A DNA stretch of 60,658 nucleotides from a virus (IMGVR_UViG_3300037467_001807:1-60658); one strand, 5' to 3'. Positions 27,225 through 37,318 are shown, numbered from the stretch's first letter. A program made the numbers and translations. Notes: generated by a model from the letters alone, not told the origin.

Positions 27225-27784
27225 CAGACCGGCGCGACGGCCCGGTACTGCGCCAGCGTGGTCTTCACGAAGGCGTTCATGTCGGCGGTGCTGAACGAGA
27301 TGACCTCGCTCGCCTGGCCGCCCATGGACTTCGAGTTCTGGCCGATCCGGTCCTTGACCTTGAAGCGCTCGCCGACGAGCTCGGTCACCGCCTGCTTCAG
27401 GTCGGCCGGGATCGTGGTGAAGCCGGCGCTGTAGCTGACCTGCACGGGCGCGCCGTAGACGAACCGGTACCCGATCAGGGTGATCTGGCGGCCGCTGAAC
27501 AGGATGCCGCTGGTCTGCATCACCGGATCCGCGGCGGCCGTGATCGTCTGCCCGGCGAAGGCGACGGAGGCGACGGCCGTGATCGGGCCATTGCGCACCA
27601 TCATCTTGTTGCCGGCGTTGCCGTCGTAGACCTCGACGTAGTCCTGCAGCGACAGGTCCCGGTTGAGGTAGGACCTGACGAACGTCGAGGCCGCGCTGAT
27701 CAGCTGGGTCAGCAGCTGGTCCGACCCGTTGGTCGTCAGCTGCAGCCACGCCTTGACGCTGTCGAGGTCGGTCAGGTCCGTCAC
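27224..27784 (-). CDS. Head-tail adaptor
   Basis: LTDLDSVKAWL...LISAAS...YLNR; VSYSAGF..IPADLKQAV. Confidence 0.85.
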   Translation of the reverse strand: MTDLTDLDSVKAWLQLTTNGSDQLLTQLISAASTFVRSYLNRDLSLQDYVEVYDGNAGNKMMVRNGPITAVASVAFAGQTITAAADPVMQTSGILFSGRQITLIGYRFVYGAPVQVSYSAGFTTIPADLKQAVTELVGERFKVKDRIGQNSKSMGGQASEVISFSTADMNAFVKTTLAQYRAVAPV

Positions 27785-27792
27785 GGCGGCTC

Positions 27793-28008
27793 CTACTCGG
27801 TGGGCGGCTGCTCAGCCTCGGCGGCCGGCTCTTCCGACGCCTCCGGCGCGGGCTCGGGCGCGGCATCGGGCTCGTCGACGAAGCCCGCGGCGTAGAGCGC
27901 CACGGCATCCTCGTCCGGCGCCGTCACGGTCCCGTCGAGGCCGACGGTGTAGAGCCTCGTGCCCACCGAGGCCTGGTCGCAAAGATGCGGGGCGCGAAGG
28001 CGGCGCAT
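27793..28008 (-). CDS. Small head-region protein
   Basis: ATG two nt after the upstream stop; acidic Pro-rich tail. Confidence 0.55.
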   Translation of the reverse strand: MRRLRAPHLCDQASVGTRLYTVGLDGTVTAPDEDAVALYAAGFVDEPDAAPEPAPEASEEPAAEAEQPPTE

Positions 28009-28009
28009 C

Positions 28010-28243
28010 TTAGGCGTCGGCCTTCTGCTCGGCGGCCGCCGCGGCAGCGGCTTCCTCCGGGGCGACGTCGGCCTCGGCGTTCTCGCCGTCGACGACGAAG
28101 CCGTGGGCGCGCAGCTCCTCGACCTGCGCCTGCGGCACGACGGCGAAACCATCGACCACGTTGGCGACCGAGCAGCCGATGTTCGGGTCCTCGTGCTTCA
28201 TCAGCACGTGCCCGTGCGGCACCTTGATCTTCTTGCTGGCCAT
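28010..28243 (-). CDS. Small head-region protein
   Basis: Strong SD AAGGAGG; ELRAHGF motif. Confidence 0.65.
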   Translation of the reverse strand: MASKKIKVPHGHVLMKHEDPNIGCSVANVVDGFAVVPQAQVEELRAHGFVVDGENAEADVAPEEAAAAAAAEQKADA

Positions 28244-28290
28244 TGGGCCCTCCTTCCTTCGGGAAAGCGTCTGCGGAGGCGCTTGCCGGA

Positions 28291-28321
28291 AGAAAGGAGC
28301 CGGGGACGAGCCCCGGCCCCT
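28291..28321 (-). terminator. Terminator after the major capsid gene
   Basis: GCCGGGG-ctcgt-CCCCGGC followed by TCCTTTCTT on the minus strand. Confidence 0.6.
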
Positions 28322-28345
28322 CCATGTTCAGGATCCTGCCTCGCG

Positions 28346-29884
28346 CTAACCCGGGGCGATGTTGGTGATCACGCCCATTGCGAAGGGCGCGTAGACGGCG
28401 AGGGTCTCCTCGACGTAGACGCCCACCATGTCGGCGCGGGTCGTGACCGGCCAATCGACCTGGTAGTAGTCGCGGCGGACCTTCATCTCCGCGACGTTCG
28501 GGACCTCGTTGCTCATGTACTGAGCCGGCAGGTCTTCCGCCCAGCCGATGATCGTGCCCGGAGCCACCTGCGGGTGCACGATGATCGGGATTTTCTTGTT
28601 CAGGTAGGGGTTGAAGTAGAACTCGATCGACGAGCCCGCGGTCAGCTTGACCTCGCCGTCGGCCGGGTTCTGGAAGTACTGCAGCAGCGGCGCGGAGCCG
28701 CTCGACAGGGCCCTGGTGGTCAGGTCCTTCTGCTGCTGGGAGTTCACCAGCAGCAGCGAGACGCTGCACTGGTAGTTGTCCCACATGGTCTGCATCATCT
28801 GGTCGACCTCGGTGCACGAACCCTTGCCCGAAGCGGTCAGGGTCGTGCCCGTGCCGGCGGTGCCGGTGGCCAGCGAGCTGATGTAGGCGCCGGAGCCGTT
28901 CTTCAGCGCCGTGGTGAGCAGGCCGTCGTAGGCGTTCAGGCCCGAGTTGTTCGAGCAGTCCGCGGTGACGGCGGTGGCGGCCTGGCCGGTGCCGGCGAGC
29001 GGCGCGGTGAAGGTCACGGAGTTGATCGTGGTGATCTTCTCCAGCTTCTCCGAGCCGGCGGTGCCGACGTACCAGGCGTAGGCGACCGCGCCCTGGATCG
29101 GGGTCGCGGTGCAGAACAGCGTCTGCCCGAGGGTGACCGCCTGGGTCGCGTTGGCCGACTTCTGCGAGGAGCCGCCGTTGATGGTGAAGGTCTTGCCGTC
29201 AGCGCCGGTGACCGTCTTCGACGTCGCGACGCCGCCCGCCACGGACGAGTTCCGGTAGCCCTCCATGGTGAGCGCGACCACGATGACCGAATAGGTGGCC
29301 GAGCCCAGCGTGGCGCCGGAGCCGGAGGCTGACAGGGTCGGAGCCGAGGGCGTGCCCAGCGACAGCGACCCGTTGCCGAAGAGGACCGCGCTCTCTTCCT
29401 TGAGCTTCGTCTTGTTGATGAGGCGCATGGTCATCGTCGCACGGACGTCCTCGAACGTCCGGCCGGCGCTGACCGCTTCCCAGGTCGCCTGGTCCTCTTC
29501 GCCGAGGGTCGCGTAGGCGGCCGACTTCGAGGAGGTGGTGTAGCTCATCTGGCCGGCGCGCTGGCCTTCCGGCACCCAGCCGGAGTTGTCCCATCCGGAA
29601 CCGGTGATGGCGTTGACCGCCTTCCAGTTCGTGGCGGTACCGGTGCCGCCGCCGATGCGCGGGATGCGCTTGATCAGCGGGGTGTTGACCGGGAAGAGGT
29701 TCTTCGCCGGCGCCTGCAGGTCATAGGCGACCAGACCGGAGCCGGTGGCGATCGCCTTCTCGATGCGGTCGGGACGGATGCCGGCCGCGGCCATGATCTG
29801 GCGGCTGATGTCCTCCGACGGCGGAGCCGTGAAAGTGTCGACGAGAGCCTTGCGGATATCGTCTTCGGAAACGTGGACAGTCAT
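28346..29884 (-). CDS. Major capsid protein with inserted beta-rich domain
   Basis: Follows protease/scaffold; YDLQAPAKNLFPVNTPL, GWVPEG, EETLAVYAP...ITNI. Confidence 0.85.
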   Translation of the reverse strand: MTVHVSEDDIRKALVDTFTAPPSEDISRQIMAAAGIRPDRIEKAIATGSGLVAYDLQAPAKNLFPVNTPLIKRIPRIGGGTGTATNWKAVNAITGSGWDNSGWVPEGQRAGQMSYTTSSKSAAYATLGEEDQATWEAVSAGRTFEDVRATMTMRLINKTKLKEESAVLFGNGSLSLGTPSAPTLSASGSGATLGSATYSVIVVALTMEGYRNSSVAGGVATSKTVTGADGKTFTINGGSSQKSANATQAVTLGQTLFCTATPIQGAVAYAWYVGTAGSEKLEKITTINSVTFTAPLAGTGQAATAVTADCSNNSGLNAYDGLLTTALKNGSGAYISSLATGTAGTGTTLTASGKGSCTEVDQMMQTMWDNYQCSVSLLLVNSQQQKDLTTRALSSGSAPLLQYFQNPADGEVKLTAGSSIEFYFNPYLNKKIPIIVHPQVAPGTIIGWAEDLPAQYMSNEVPNVAEMKVRRDYYQVDWPVTTRADMVGVYVEETLAVYAPFAMGVITNIAPG

Positions 29885-29971
29885 ACGGGTCCCCTCATGA
29901 TTGGGGGGTCGAACAAAAGGCCCCGCGACTCGGCGGCGGCCTACGACGTCGGCTCTCGCCGAGGTGTTGGG

Positions 29972-31816
29972 TTAGGCGCCGATCGGCAGGCCGAGCGCGG
30001 CCTTCGTCAGCAGCATGTTGCGCTCGTCCGGGTCCATCTTGGCGAGCTCTGCCTTGACCTGATCGGCCGTCAGCTTGGGCGCCGTGGTGACCGGGCTCAC
30101 GTCCTCGGTCTTGGCGACCGCATGCACGGATCCGGCGACCTTCGGCGCGGCGGGCGTGGCTTCGACGACCTCGAGGCGCTTCTTCAGGTCGGCGTTCTCG
30201 GCGCGCAGCTCCTCGAAGCCCTTGGTCAGGCGCTCCATGGCCGGCAGCGCCTTCTCGATCGCCGTCTGGGCCTTGGTCAGGTCCTCGGCCTCGCCGCCGG
30301 ACTTGTCCATGCCCTCGCACTTCGCGCCGAGCTCGACGCTCTGGTCGTGCATCGCCTGGATGGTGGCCGCGTCCTTCTTCGAGTTCCGGGCGCCGGCCTT
30401 CTCCATCAGGGCGGTGTCGGCCTTCACGATGTCGACGACGCGCGCGGCGTAGGCGAAGTCTGCGTCGTCCTCGACGATGACGATCTCGATGTCCGCGCCG
30501 CGCTCCTTCATGGCCGCCACCAGCTCGGCGACTTCCTCGCTGGCCATGGTGACGAGCGTCGCGCCCAGCGACTGGACCGCGGCCGCGAGCTCGGTCGGCA
30601 CGACGGAGCCGTCGCCCTCGTCCTTGGCTTCCCAGACGGTGCTGCTCTGGATGCAGGCCAGCTCCTCGATCAGGCGCGCGAGCGAGCCGACGGTCCAGAG
30701 GCCCTTCGCCAGCGGATCGTCGGCGTAGATCGCCGCCAGCTTGGCGAGGCCCTTGCCGAACTCCGCCATGCCCGGCGTGACCTGGGCCGGCGCGGCGGTC
30801 TCTTCCGCGGGATGCGCCGTCAGGCTGTCCGCCTTTTCGATCGCGGCTTCGAGCGCCGCGGCGAGGTCCACCTTCTCCGGCCCGGCCGGCGGCGCGCCCT
30901 TCTCGGTCGGCTCGCCTTCGCCATCCTCGGCGCCGGCGACCTTCTCCGCGTCCGGAGCAGCCTCACTCTCCACCGGCTGGCCGGGGTCGGCCTGGACCTG
31001 CGTCTCCTCGCCGGAGGTCTCGGCGGTGGCGGCCTTGGCGACAGCTTCCGCGACCGCGCCCTCGATCTGCTCGTCGAACGGCTTGTCGGCGATGAAGACG
31101 GCGTCGTTCGCGACCTTCTGCACCTGCGCCTCGGTGAGGTTCGGCGCCTGGCGCTGCACCTCCGCGACGATGCGGCCGCGCTTCTCGACCAGGTCGGCCT
31201 GTGCCGCCTCATGGTCGCCGATCAGCTTCTCGCGCGCCTTGGCGATGAAGTCGTTGGTCTTGCCCGTCTTGCCGGCCGCCTTCGCCATGGCTTCAGCGGT
31301 CGCCTTCACCTCGTCGTTCGTCGGAGCGTAGGCCATCTCGGTTCCTTCAGGTTCGACGTCGGCGGCCTTCCAGAGACCGATCATCGCGTCAGGATTGCAG
31401 GGGCGGTCCACGAGGCTGATTTCGCTCAGCCGGATCTTCGTGATGACCGTGCGGTCGTTGGGATCGCGGGCCAGCACCTTCCCGCCGATGCTGAAGCCCT
31501 TGTAGACGCCGGTCTTCACCTTGGTGATCGCGACGGGATCGACGATCACCGTCTCGATGTTGGTGAAGCCGTCGTCGTCGACGTCGGCCGACACGGCGAC
31601 GCCGGCGGCCTTCGCGTCGTGCATCTCGCGGATGTTGGCGAAGCGCATGTAGTCGGGCAGCGCCGCCTTCATCGCCTCGGCCAGGATGACCTCGCCGGCG
31701 TCGTCGCGGTTGCCCGAGGAGGCGACGCCGGAGACCGTCAGCGTCCCGTCGTCGTTCTCCTCGACCTTCCGGAACGCGCCGTAGATCTGCTTCGTGAGCA
31801 GGCCCAGCGTCGCCAT
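29972..31816 (-). CDS. Prohead protease fused to scaffold
   Basis: IREMH, YKGFSIGG, EISLVDRPCNP; acidic coiled-coil C-terminal part. Confidence 0.85.
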   Translation of the reverse strand: MATLGLLTKQIYGAFRKVEENDDGTLTVSGVASSGNRDDAGEVILAEAMKAALPDYMRFANIREMHDAKAAGVAVSADVDDDGFTNIETVIVDPVAITKVKTGVYKGFSIGGKVLARDPNDRTVITKIRLSEISLVDRPCNPDAMIGLWKAADVEPEGTEMAYAPTNDEVKATAEAMAKAAGKTGKTNDFIAKAREKLIGDHEAAQADLVEKRGRIVAEVQRQAPNLTEAQVQKVANDAVFIADKPFDEQIEGAVAEAVAKAATAETSGEETQVQADPGQPVESEAAPDAEKVAGAEDGEGEPTEKGAPPAGPEKVDLAAALEAAIEKADSLTAHPAEETAAPAQVTPGMAEFGKGLAKLAAIYADDPLAKGLWTVGSLARLIEELACIQSSTVWEAKDEGDGSVVPTELAAAVQSLGATLVTMASEEVAELVAAMKERGADIEIVIVEDDADFAYAARVVDIVKADTALMEKAGARNSKKDAATIQAMHDQSVELGAKCEGMDKSGGEAEDLTKAQTAIEKALPAMERLTKGFEELRAENADLKKRLEVVEATPAAPKVAGSVHAVAKTEDVSPVTTAPKLTADQVKAELAKMDPDERNMLLTKAALGLPIGA

Positions 31817-31818
31817 CG

Positions 31819-32109
31819 TCAGACCGCAGCGCCGGAGGTGGGGTTGCGCCAGGCCTTGCCGTCGTAGCGGATCGTGTAGCCGAGCGTCGTGTCGTGGAAC
31901 TCGTCGCCCTTCTTGGGGTTCGCCGGCCGGCTGGTCGTGGTCCCGGCGCCGCCGACGCTCGCCAGCGTCCAGCCGTTCGCCGCCATCACCAGCCCGTCGA
32001 CGTCGGGCACGTCCACCGTCGCGCCGAGCGCGCAGGTGTAGGTGCGGCCGTTGACCGTGATCGTGCCGTGCAGCCCGTCAGCGGGCGGCATCATGCGATG
32101 CGTGGCCAT
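31819..32109 (-). CDS. Putative head decoration/fibre protein
   Basis: C-terminal GTTTSRP..P..G..FHDTTLG..I.YDG..W motif of fibre-type proteins. Confidence 0.55.
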   Translation of the reverse strand: MATHRMMPPADGLHGTITVNGRTYTCALGATVDVPDVDGLVMAANGWTLASVGGAGTTTSRPANPKKGDEFHDTTLGYTIRYDGKAWRNPTSGAAV

Positions 32110-32142
32110 TCGAGGTCGTCCTTGTGCAGAGGGTTCTGTGGC

Positions 32143-34434
32143 CTACTCGCCGCCGGTCTCGACGACTTCGACATAGGTCACGCAGTGGCAGTTCGGGTGG
32201 CTGTCGCCCTCGTCCTCCGCCCCGGAGGGGAAGGCCTCATCGAAGGGAATCAGGCCGACCGCTTCATTGTCCGAGCACTCGTCGCAGCAGGTGTCGTCGT
32301 TGCTGGTCTGCCAGCCCTTCACCAGCTGCACGCCCTGGTCGGCGCGGGCGGCTTCCCAGGCTTCGGTCTTGCCTGCGGCGTTCGCCATCCGGATCTCGGA
32401 GCTGGCGATCAGCTCGGCCCGGGCGGCGCTGAACGCCGGAAGCGCCTGAATGGCGTCGGCGATTGCGGCCGAGCCGAGGTTCTCTTCCAGGCCTGCGGCG
32501 ATCGCCTCGCGGATCTGCTCGCGGGTCGCCGTCACGATGTTCATGTCGCCCTGCAGCGAGACGAGCTGCGCAGCGCGGGCCTTGGCGTAGGCGACGGCGC
32601 GCTGGTGCACTTGGTCGACCAGGGCATCCGTCGAGGTCGCCCCGATGCTGGCCAGCGCCAGTTCGCCTGCGTCCGCCGCCACCTCGAAGAGGTCCTCGAA
32701 GATCGCCGCGACCAGCTCATCGAAGGCTTCCAGGTCCGCCGCGGCCGCCAGGCGTGCCGCGATGGAGCCGTCGTCGGCCGCCTTGCCGAGCGCCCTCAGT
32801 CCCTTCGCCACCGACGCCGCGGCTTCGTCCGCCGCCTTGGCCAGCACCTTGGTGACCGTCTTGCGGACCGCAGCCGTGGCGCGGCGCGCCAGCGGACGGT
32901 CCGTCGTGATCAGCTTCGAAGCCTTCGCCAGCTTCTCGGTCGGCTGATCGTCCTTTGTCTTGCCGCCCTGCCCCGGCTTTGCCGCCGCAGGCTTACCGCC
33001 TGGGCCCGGCTTCGCGCTGGGCTGGGCGCCGGGCTCTGCCGGCTGCTCCCCGGGCTTCAGGGTGGCAGGCTGCGGCTCCGGCGGCTCCAGGGCCTGTTCC
33101 GCGGCCGCCAGGACCTGCTCGATCGTCTGGGCCCCGGTGCCGGTGTAGATCAGCGGCTTGGAGCCGAGCCCATCGGGCAGCGGATCCTGGCCGCGCGCGT
33201 CACGGACCTCGTCGATGACGGTCGAGCCGTTCCGCAGGTTCTTGTCGTCGATCTCCGACTGCGCTTTCGGGTCGATCTCCGGCGTGTTGACCCACGCGAA
33301 CTCCAGCCCCGGCTCGCCGAGGTCATCCTGGATCACCGCATCGGCGAAGCGCTTCACCCAGAGCTTCAGCGGCTCCAGGCCCTCCTCCATCGAGCGATCC
33401 GCATCGGTCTGACCGGTGCTGCGGTTCATCTGCTTGATGAAAGGGGTCGGCGGCAGCGAGAAGGCGTAGGCGACGATGCGCGCGAGCCACTCGTCGAAGT
33501 CGTCCTTGATCGGGGCGTCCTTGAACGCCTGGTACTTCATCTCGGGGACGACGAGCAGCTTGGCGCGCTCCGCTTCGTTCCCGGAGGTCTTGGCGTCCAG
33601 CCAAGCCTGCATGTCCTTGATCTGGTCCGGGTTCCACGAGGCCGGCGCGTTCAGCAGGCCGTCGGGGCGGTTGCCCGCCGTGAACCAGCTGAGCTGTGCG
33701 GCCTGGCGGCGGATGATCGTCTGGATCGTGACGATGATCTGCTCGACCGGCGAGAAGCCGTAGAGGTGGTTCGGGCGCGGGTTCCGCGGGGTGTAGATGA
33801 TGTCGGCGTTGGTCAGGTTGTTCCAGACCATGCCCTTGATCACCTGCTGGTAGGCGATGTCGCCGGGCTGGCGCGGTCGCCGGCCGGTCTCGTCCACCAT
33901 CGGCAGGATCGTGTCGCCCGGGATCACCTCGAGCCCGGTGAGACCGCCGCCGCGGGTCCGCATCCGCGCCACCGTCGGGGCGTCGAGGACGAGCAGGTCC
34001 TCCATGAGGAGGCGCACCCAGGAGGCGAAGGGCGTGATCCCGTCGGGCTTGCGCCAGAACTTCGTCACCCGCTCCATGGCCGCCGTCGGAATGCCGCTCG
34101 CACCCTTGCGCCGCAGCTTCTGGTCGGTCGGCGTGATCTGCCATTCCAGCCGCTCCAGCTGGTCCTTGCGCGTCTCGATGGCCATGCGGACCAACTCGAC
34201 GTTGGCGAAGGCGCGGAGCTCGGGGAAGCCGATCGGCGCGAAGGCGCGCGGCCGGATGTTGGTGTTGACGCTTACGGGATAGTCGACGAACCGGATCGGG
34301 TTCTGCTGCGCCGGCTGGATTGGAAGGCCGGGCCCGAACGTGCCGCTCGCCCAGCCCGCCATCGGGCCGGACATGGCGAAGGCCAGGCTGGTGCGGACGC
34401 CGCCGGCAGGCGGGGCCTTCTGCAGGTCCGTCAT
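32143..34434 (-). CDS. Portal protein fused to MuF/SPP1 gp7-like minor head domain
   Basis: LYGFSPVEQI portal motif; C-terminal RAELIASSE...KGWQTSNDD.CC..C..N...HPNCHC. Confidence 0.88.
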   Translation of the reverse strand: MTDLQKAPPAGGVRTSLAFAMSGPMAGWASGTFGPGLPIQPAQQNPIRFVDYPVSVNTNIRPRAFAPIGFPELRAFANVELVRMAIETRKDQLERLEWQITPTDQKLRRKGASGIPTAAMERVTKFWRKPDGITPFASWVRLLMEDLLVLDAPTVARMRTRGGGLTGLEVIPGDTILPMVDETGRRPRQPGDIAYQQVIKGMVWNNLTNADIIYTPRNPRPNHLYGFSPVEQIIVTIQTIIRRQAAQLSWFTAGNRPDGLLNAPASWNPDQIKDMQAWLDAKTSGNEAERAKLLVVPEMKYQAFKDAPIKDDFDEWLARIVAYAFSLPPTPFIKQMNRSTGQTDADRSMEEGLEPLKLWVKRFADAVIQDDLGEPGLEFAWVNTPEIDPKAQSEIDDKNLRNGSTVIDEVRDARGQDPLPDGLGSKPLIYTGTGAQTIEQVLAAAEQALEPPEPQPATLKPGEQPAEPGAQPSAKPGPGGKPAAAKPGQGGKTKDDQPTEKLAKASKLITTDRPLARRATAAVRKTVTKVLAKAADEAAASVAKGLRALGKAADDGSIAARLAAAADLEAFDELVAAIFEDLFEVAADAGELALASIGATSTDALVDQVHQRAVAYAKARAAQLVSLQGDMNIVTATREQIREAIAAGLEENLGSAAIADAIQALPAFSAARAELIASSEIRMANAAGKTEAWEAARADQGVQLVKGWQTSNDDTCCDECSDNEAVGLIPFDEAFPSGAEDEGDSHPNCHCVTYVEVVETGGE

Positions 34435-34448
34435 CAGATCCCTCCGCC

Positions 34449-35909
34449 TCAGAGGTCGCCGTGGGCCTGCGTCCACTCGACGGACCCGGGCTGGTGCTGG
34501 ACCGGTGTCTCAGCAGGATCGGAACCGGCGCGTCTCGCCGCGTTCTCGGCCTGCACCATGGCCAGGAACCCGGCATGGTCGGCGGTCTGGAGCATCAGCT
34601 CCGTCACGGCCCAGACCAGGGCATCGGCCCGGTCCGGGGAGCCGCCGCCCTGATAGCCGGCGGTCGTGAACATCCCGAGCTGTTCTTCGAGCTCGGCGAA
34701 CTCATCCCCGGGCCGGTCCGGATCAGTGACGTGGTGGACGCGACCTTCGCGGATCACCCTGCCGTCGACGTCGAGGACGTCCTCGTAGAGCGCGGCGACA
34801 GGCTCGGCTCTGACGTGCTTGCCCCGCGAGGCGGTGACGTTCCGGTAGTGGACGTTGGGATCAGCGGTACGGACCGTCGATTCCACCATGGCGCCGCCGA
34901 AGTTGATCTCGCCGACGATCAGGTCCGCCTTGAACTCGTGGTAGGCGTTGACAGCCTGGCGGGCCCAGCCGTGTGGCGGCAGCCGGCAGCTCCGGTCGGC
35001 CAGGACGTAGCAGTCGCCGTCGGCGCCTAGCCCGACGACCATGATGCCCTGGCAGTCGCCACCGGTCCCATCGGAACCCGAGGGGTCCAAGGCGACGACG
35101 ATCCGGACGAAGAAGCTCTCGTCTGGACGGACGCGACGGAGCCGCTCGATCCGGTCCATGGTCCAGAGCGCGCCCGGGATCTCGGAGAGGTAGGCGCCGT
35201 CGAAGAACCGCTTCCGCTGCCGCTCCGGCATCGCGGCGTAGATCGCCAGCGTCGTCGCCGGGAGGTGCGGGTTGTCGGTCGGGTTGAGCTGGATCGCCTG
35301 GTAGTCGGCTGGATTGTCCAGGGGAAGCCCGTTTTCCGGCCGGACCTTCTCGACGAACTCCTTGTAGGTCCAGTGGCCCCGCCCGACCGGGTTCAGGTCG
35401 TAGTAGGCCTTGAGCCGGAGCGGGGCGCCGTTCACCTTCGCCACGTTCTGGGCCAGACGGGTCCGGACCGTGATGACAGTGTCGTAGCTGAGCTGCGAGG
35501 TCTCGTTGAAGTAGACCGTCGCGTATTCCTTGCCGAGGATCTTCTCGACGCGGTCCTTGTCGTCGAGCCCGAGGAACCAGACCTCGGCTCCATTGCCCAA
35601 CGTGACGTACTGGTCAGACTTATTGGTCTCGTAATCGACGCCGGGATAGGCCAGCCGCATCATCTTCGGCCAGGTGTCCATCATGACGGCCTGGCGGACA
35701 TCGATGTTGTGGAGCCTGGAGATCAGGTGCCGACTGTTCGGCGCCGACAGCGCCCGGGTCCCGGTGCAGTAGCAGAAGCCGAAGGTCTTCCCGGACCTGG
35801 CGCCGCCGAAAGCCAGGACGTGCGTGGCTGGCGTCGCCGCTAGGTCCCGAAGCGCAGCCTGCTTGTCGCTGAGGCTGAAACCGGCCTCAGCTGGGTTCGT
35901 GGCCTGCAT
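34449..35909 (-). CDS. terL: Terminase large subunit
   Basis: GGARSGKT Walker A, YFNE Walker B, DLNP coupling motif, VALDPSGS, SPDRADALVWA. Confidence 0.95.
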   Translation of the reverse strand: MQATNPAEAGFSLSDKQAALRDLAATPATHVLAFGGARSGKTFGFCYCTGTRALSAPNSRHLISRLHNIDVRQAVMMDTWPKMMRLAYPGVDYETNKSDQYVTLGNGAEVWFLGLDDKDRVEKILGKEYATVYFNETSQLSYDTVITVRTRLAQNVAKVNGAPLRLKAYYDLNPVGRGHWTYKEFVEKVRPENGLPLDNPADYQAIQLNPTDNPHLPATTLAIYAAMPERQRKRFFDGAYLSEIPGALWTMDRIERLRRVRPDESFFVRIVVALDPSGSDGTGGDCQGIMVVGLGADGDCYVLADRSCRLPPHGWARQAVNAYHEFKADLIVGEINFGGAMVESTVRTADPNVHYRNVTASRGKHVRAEPVAALYEDVLDVDGRVIREGRVHHVTDPDRPGDEFAELEEQLGMFTTAGYQGGGSPDRADALVWAVTELMLQTADHAGFLAMVQAENAARRAGSDPAETPVQHQPGSVEWTQAHGDL

Positions 35910-36067
35910 GCGCCGGACAGTGCTGGAGCTGGCGGTCGCCATCGGAGCTCTCGCCCCAGCGCGAGGCTCTGAGCACGGCGACTGCCGCATCAGGATGCGT
36001 CGTCTCCGTCACCAGCACGGATCCGCAGTCCGGGGTGTCACAGCTGAAGCTGATCTGGCCGGAGCTA

Positions 36068-36742
36068 TCAGAGGTCTGCATCGGGCCCCGCAATCGTGAC
36101 GGTGAGATTACCGCCATGCTCGACCTGGTCCTTGAACATGCCGAGGTGCTTGCCGACCTGGACCAGCGCCGCGGCCCGGTCATGCATCTTCACCTCGATG
36201 CCGTCCTTGCCGATCTTGACCCCGGCATAGAGCGCCTTGCCGCCGGGGCCGTACCTGGCGGTGTCCTTGAGCCTGACCTTGCCATGACCTTCACCGAAGC
36301 ACTCCGGGCATGCCGGGTTCGGCGGTCGCCTCGGATCCCAGTCGGAGCCGCCGCTAACATCGACCTGCTGGGGCTCCTCGCCGCGCTCCTCGGCAGCTGC
36401 AGCAGATGCCTCGATCTTCTCGATCTCGCGGGCGCTGTGCTGGTAGTGGTGGCCGATGCCCCAGCAGTAGCGGCAGCACCGGACCTGGTACTCGATCAGC
36501 TCCGCCGCATCGGCTGTCGCGATCGCCCAGAGCTCTTTCAGGACATTGTCCGCCGTGATCTCGGTCCGAGCCGCCCGCTCCGACATGGCGGCCTGAACCG
36601 CAGCTCCGATCTCAACATCCTTCAACAGCCTCTGGCCCTGCGAATAGGCCGTCTTGGCGCTATAGCCGCACCGGATCGCGGCCTGGGTGGCGTTGAGGTC
36701 GATGAGGTATTCGCGGACGAAGAGCTGCTTCTTCGGTGTCAC
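36068..36742 (-). CDS. terS: Terminase small subunit with Cys-rich insertion
   Basis: FVREYLIDLNATQAAIRCGYSAKTA; RCCRYCWG...PNPACPECFGEG; VGKHLGMF. Confidence 0.92.
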   Translation of the reverse strand: MTPKKQLFVREYLIDLNATQAAIRCGYSAKTAYSQGQRLLKDVEIGAAVQAAMSERAARTEITADNVLKELWAIATADAAELIEYQVRCCRYCWGIGHHYQHSAREIEKIEASAAAAEERGEEPQQVDVSGGSDWDPRRPPNPACPECFGEGHGKVRLKDTARYGPGGKALYAGVKIGKDGIEVKMHDRAAALVQVGKHLGMFKDQVEHGGNLTVTIAGPDADL

Positions 36743-36753
36743 CACAGCCCTCC

Positions 36754-36972
36754 TCAGCGATCGACCTGGCAGAGCAGACCGACGAGAAAGGTCTCGACGT
36801 CCCTGCGGTTGGTGAAGGTGCCGACGCGCCGCCATTCCTGGTCCGGCTCAGCCTCGGTGGGCTCTTCGCGGACGAACAGCTCGGCGCCGGCCGCGGACCA
36901 GTTGATCCGGAACCGGAGCGCCTCGGCGCCGAGCTTGGCTTTCTGGATCAGGCCGTGCTGAACCTCTGCCAT
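36754..36972 (-). CDS. Hypothetical protein, first gene of the late operon
   Basis: GAGGAGG SD before ATG at 36972. Confidence 0.55.
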   Translation of the reverse strand: MAEVQHGLIQKAKLGAEALRFRINWSAAGAELFVREEPTEAEPDQEWRRVGTFTNRRDVETFLVGLLCQVDR

Positions 36973-37291
36973 GGCCCTCCTCGAGGGACAGGGCCCGAAC
37001 CGGCCAGGACAACCGGTCCGGGCTAAACCGCGTTCTGCGGTCCCTGAGAAGATCGGGCTCTGCCGGCGCTGACCCTCGCTAGCGTCATTGCCGAGGTGAT
37101 CGAGGTGCTGGCCGGCGATGGCGGGAGCGGCTGAGCCGCTGCATCGGTGAAGCCCAAAGCTTCGCATCTGAGGTCCGGCGTCTGGCCCGGTGCCTCGGGG
37201 ATCGGCCTGCCCGCTGGGCCTTGTTCAGGGAGCGCGTTCGCTCTCAGCCGGTCGTCCCGCCGTCAGAAACGGCATTGACAGCCACATAGAC

Positions 37292-37318
37292 TGATTCGCC
37301 CGTTAAGGGCGAGTGAAC
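37292..37318. promoter_or_regulatory. CtrA-box-like site plus adjacent GANTC site upstream of the late operon
   Basis: TTAA-GGGCGAG-TGAAC (37303-37318; one mismatch to TTAA-N7-TTAAC) and TGATTCG (37292-37298). Confidence 0.45.

Noticed and set aside
22316-34653. Long plus-strand ORFs (631, 457, 664, 919 aa)
   Set aside because: Antisense shadows of GC-rich structural genes with no motifs
35887-36081. Small Cys/His ORF between terS and terL
   Set aside because: Plausible but overlaps both neighbours and competes with an upstream terL start; cannot be resolved from sequence alone
37275-37280. Plus-strand TTGACA promoter
   Set aside because: No matching -10 at normal spacing and it points antisense into the NusG-like gene
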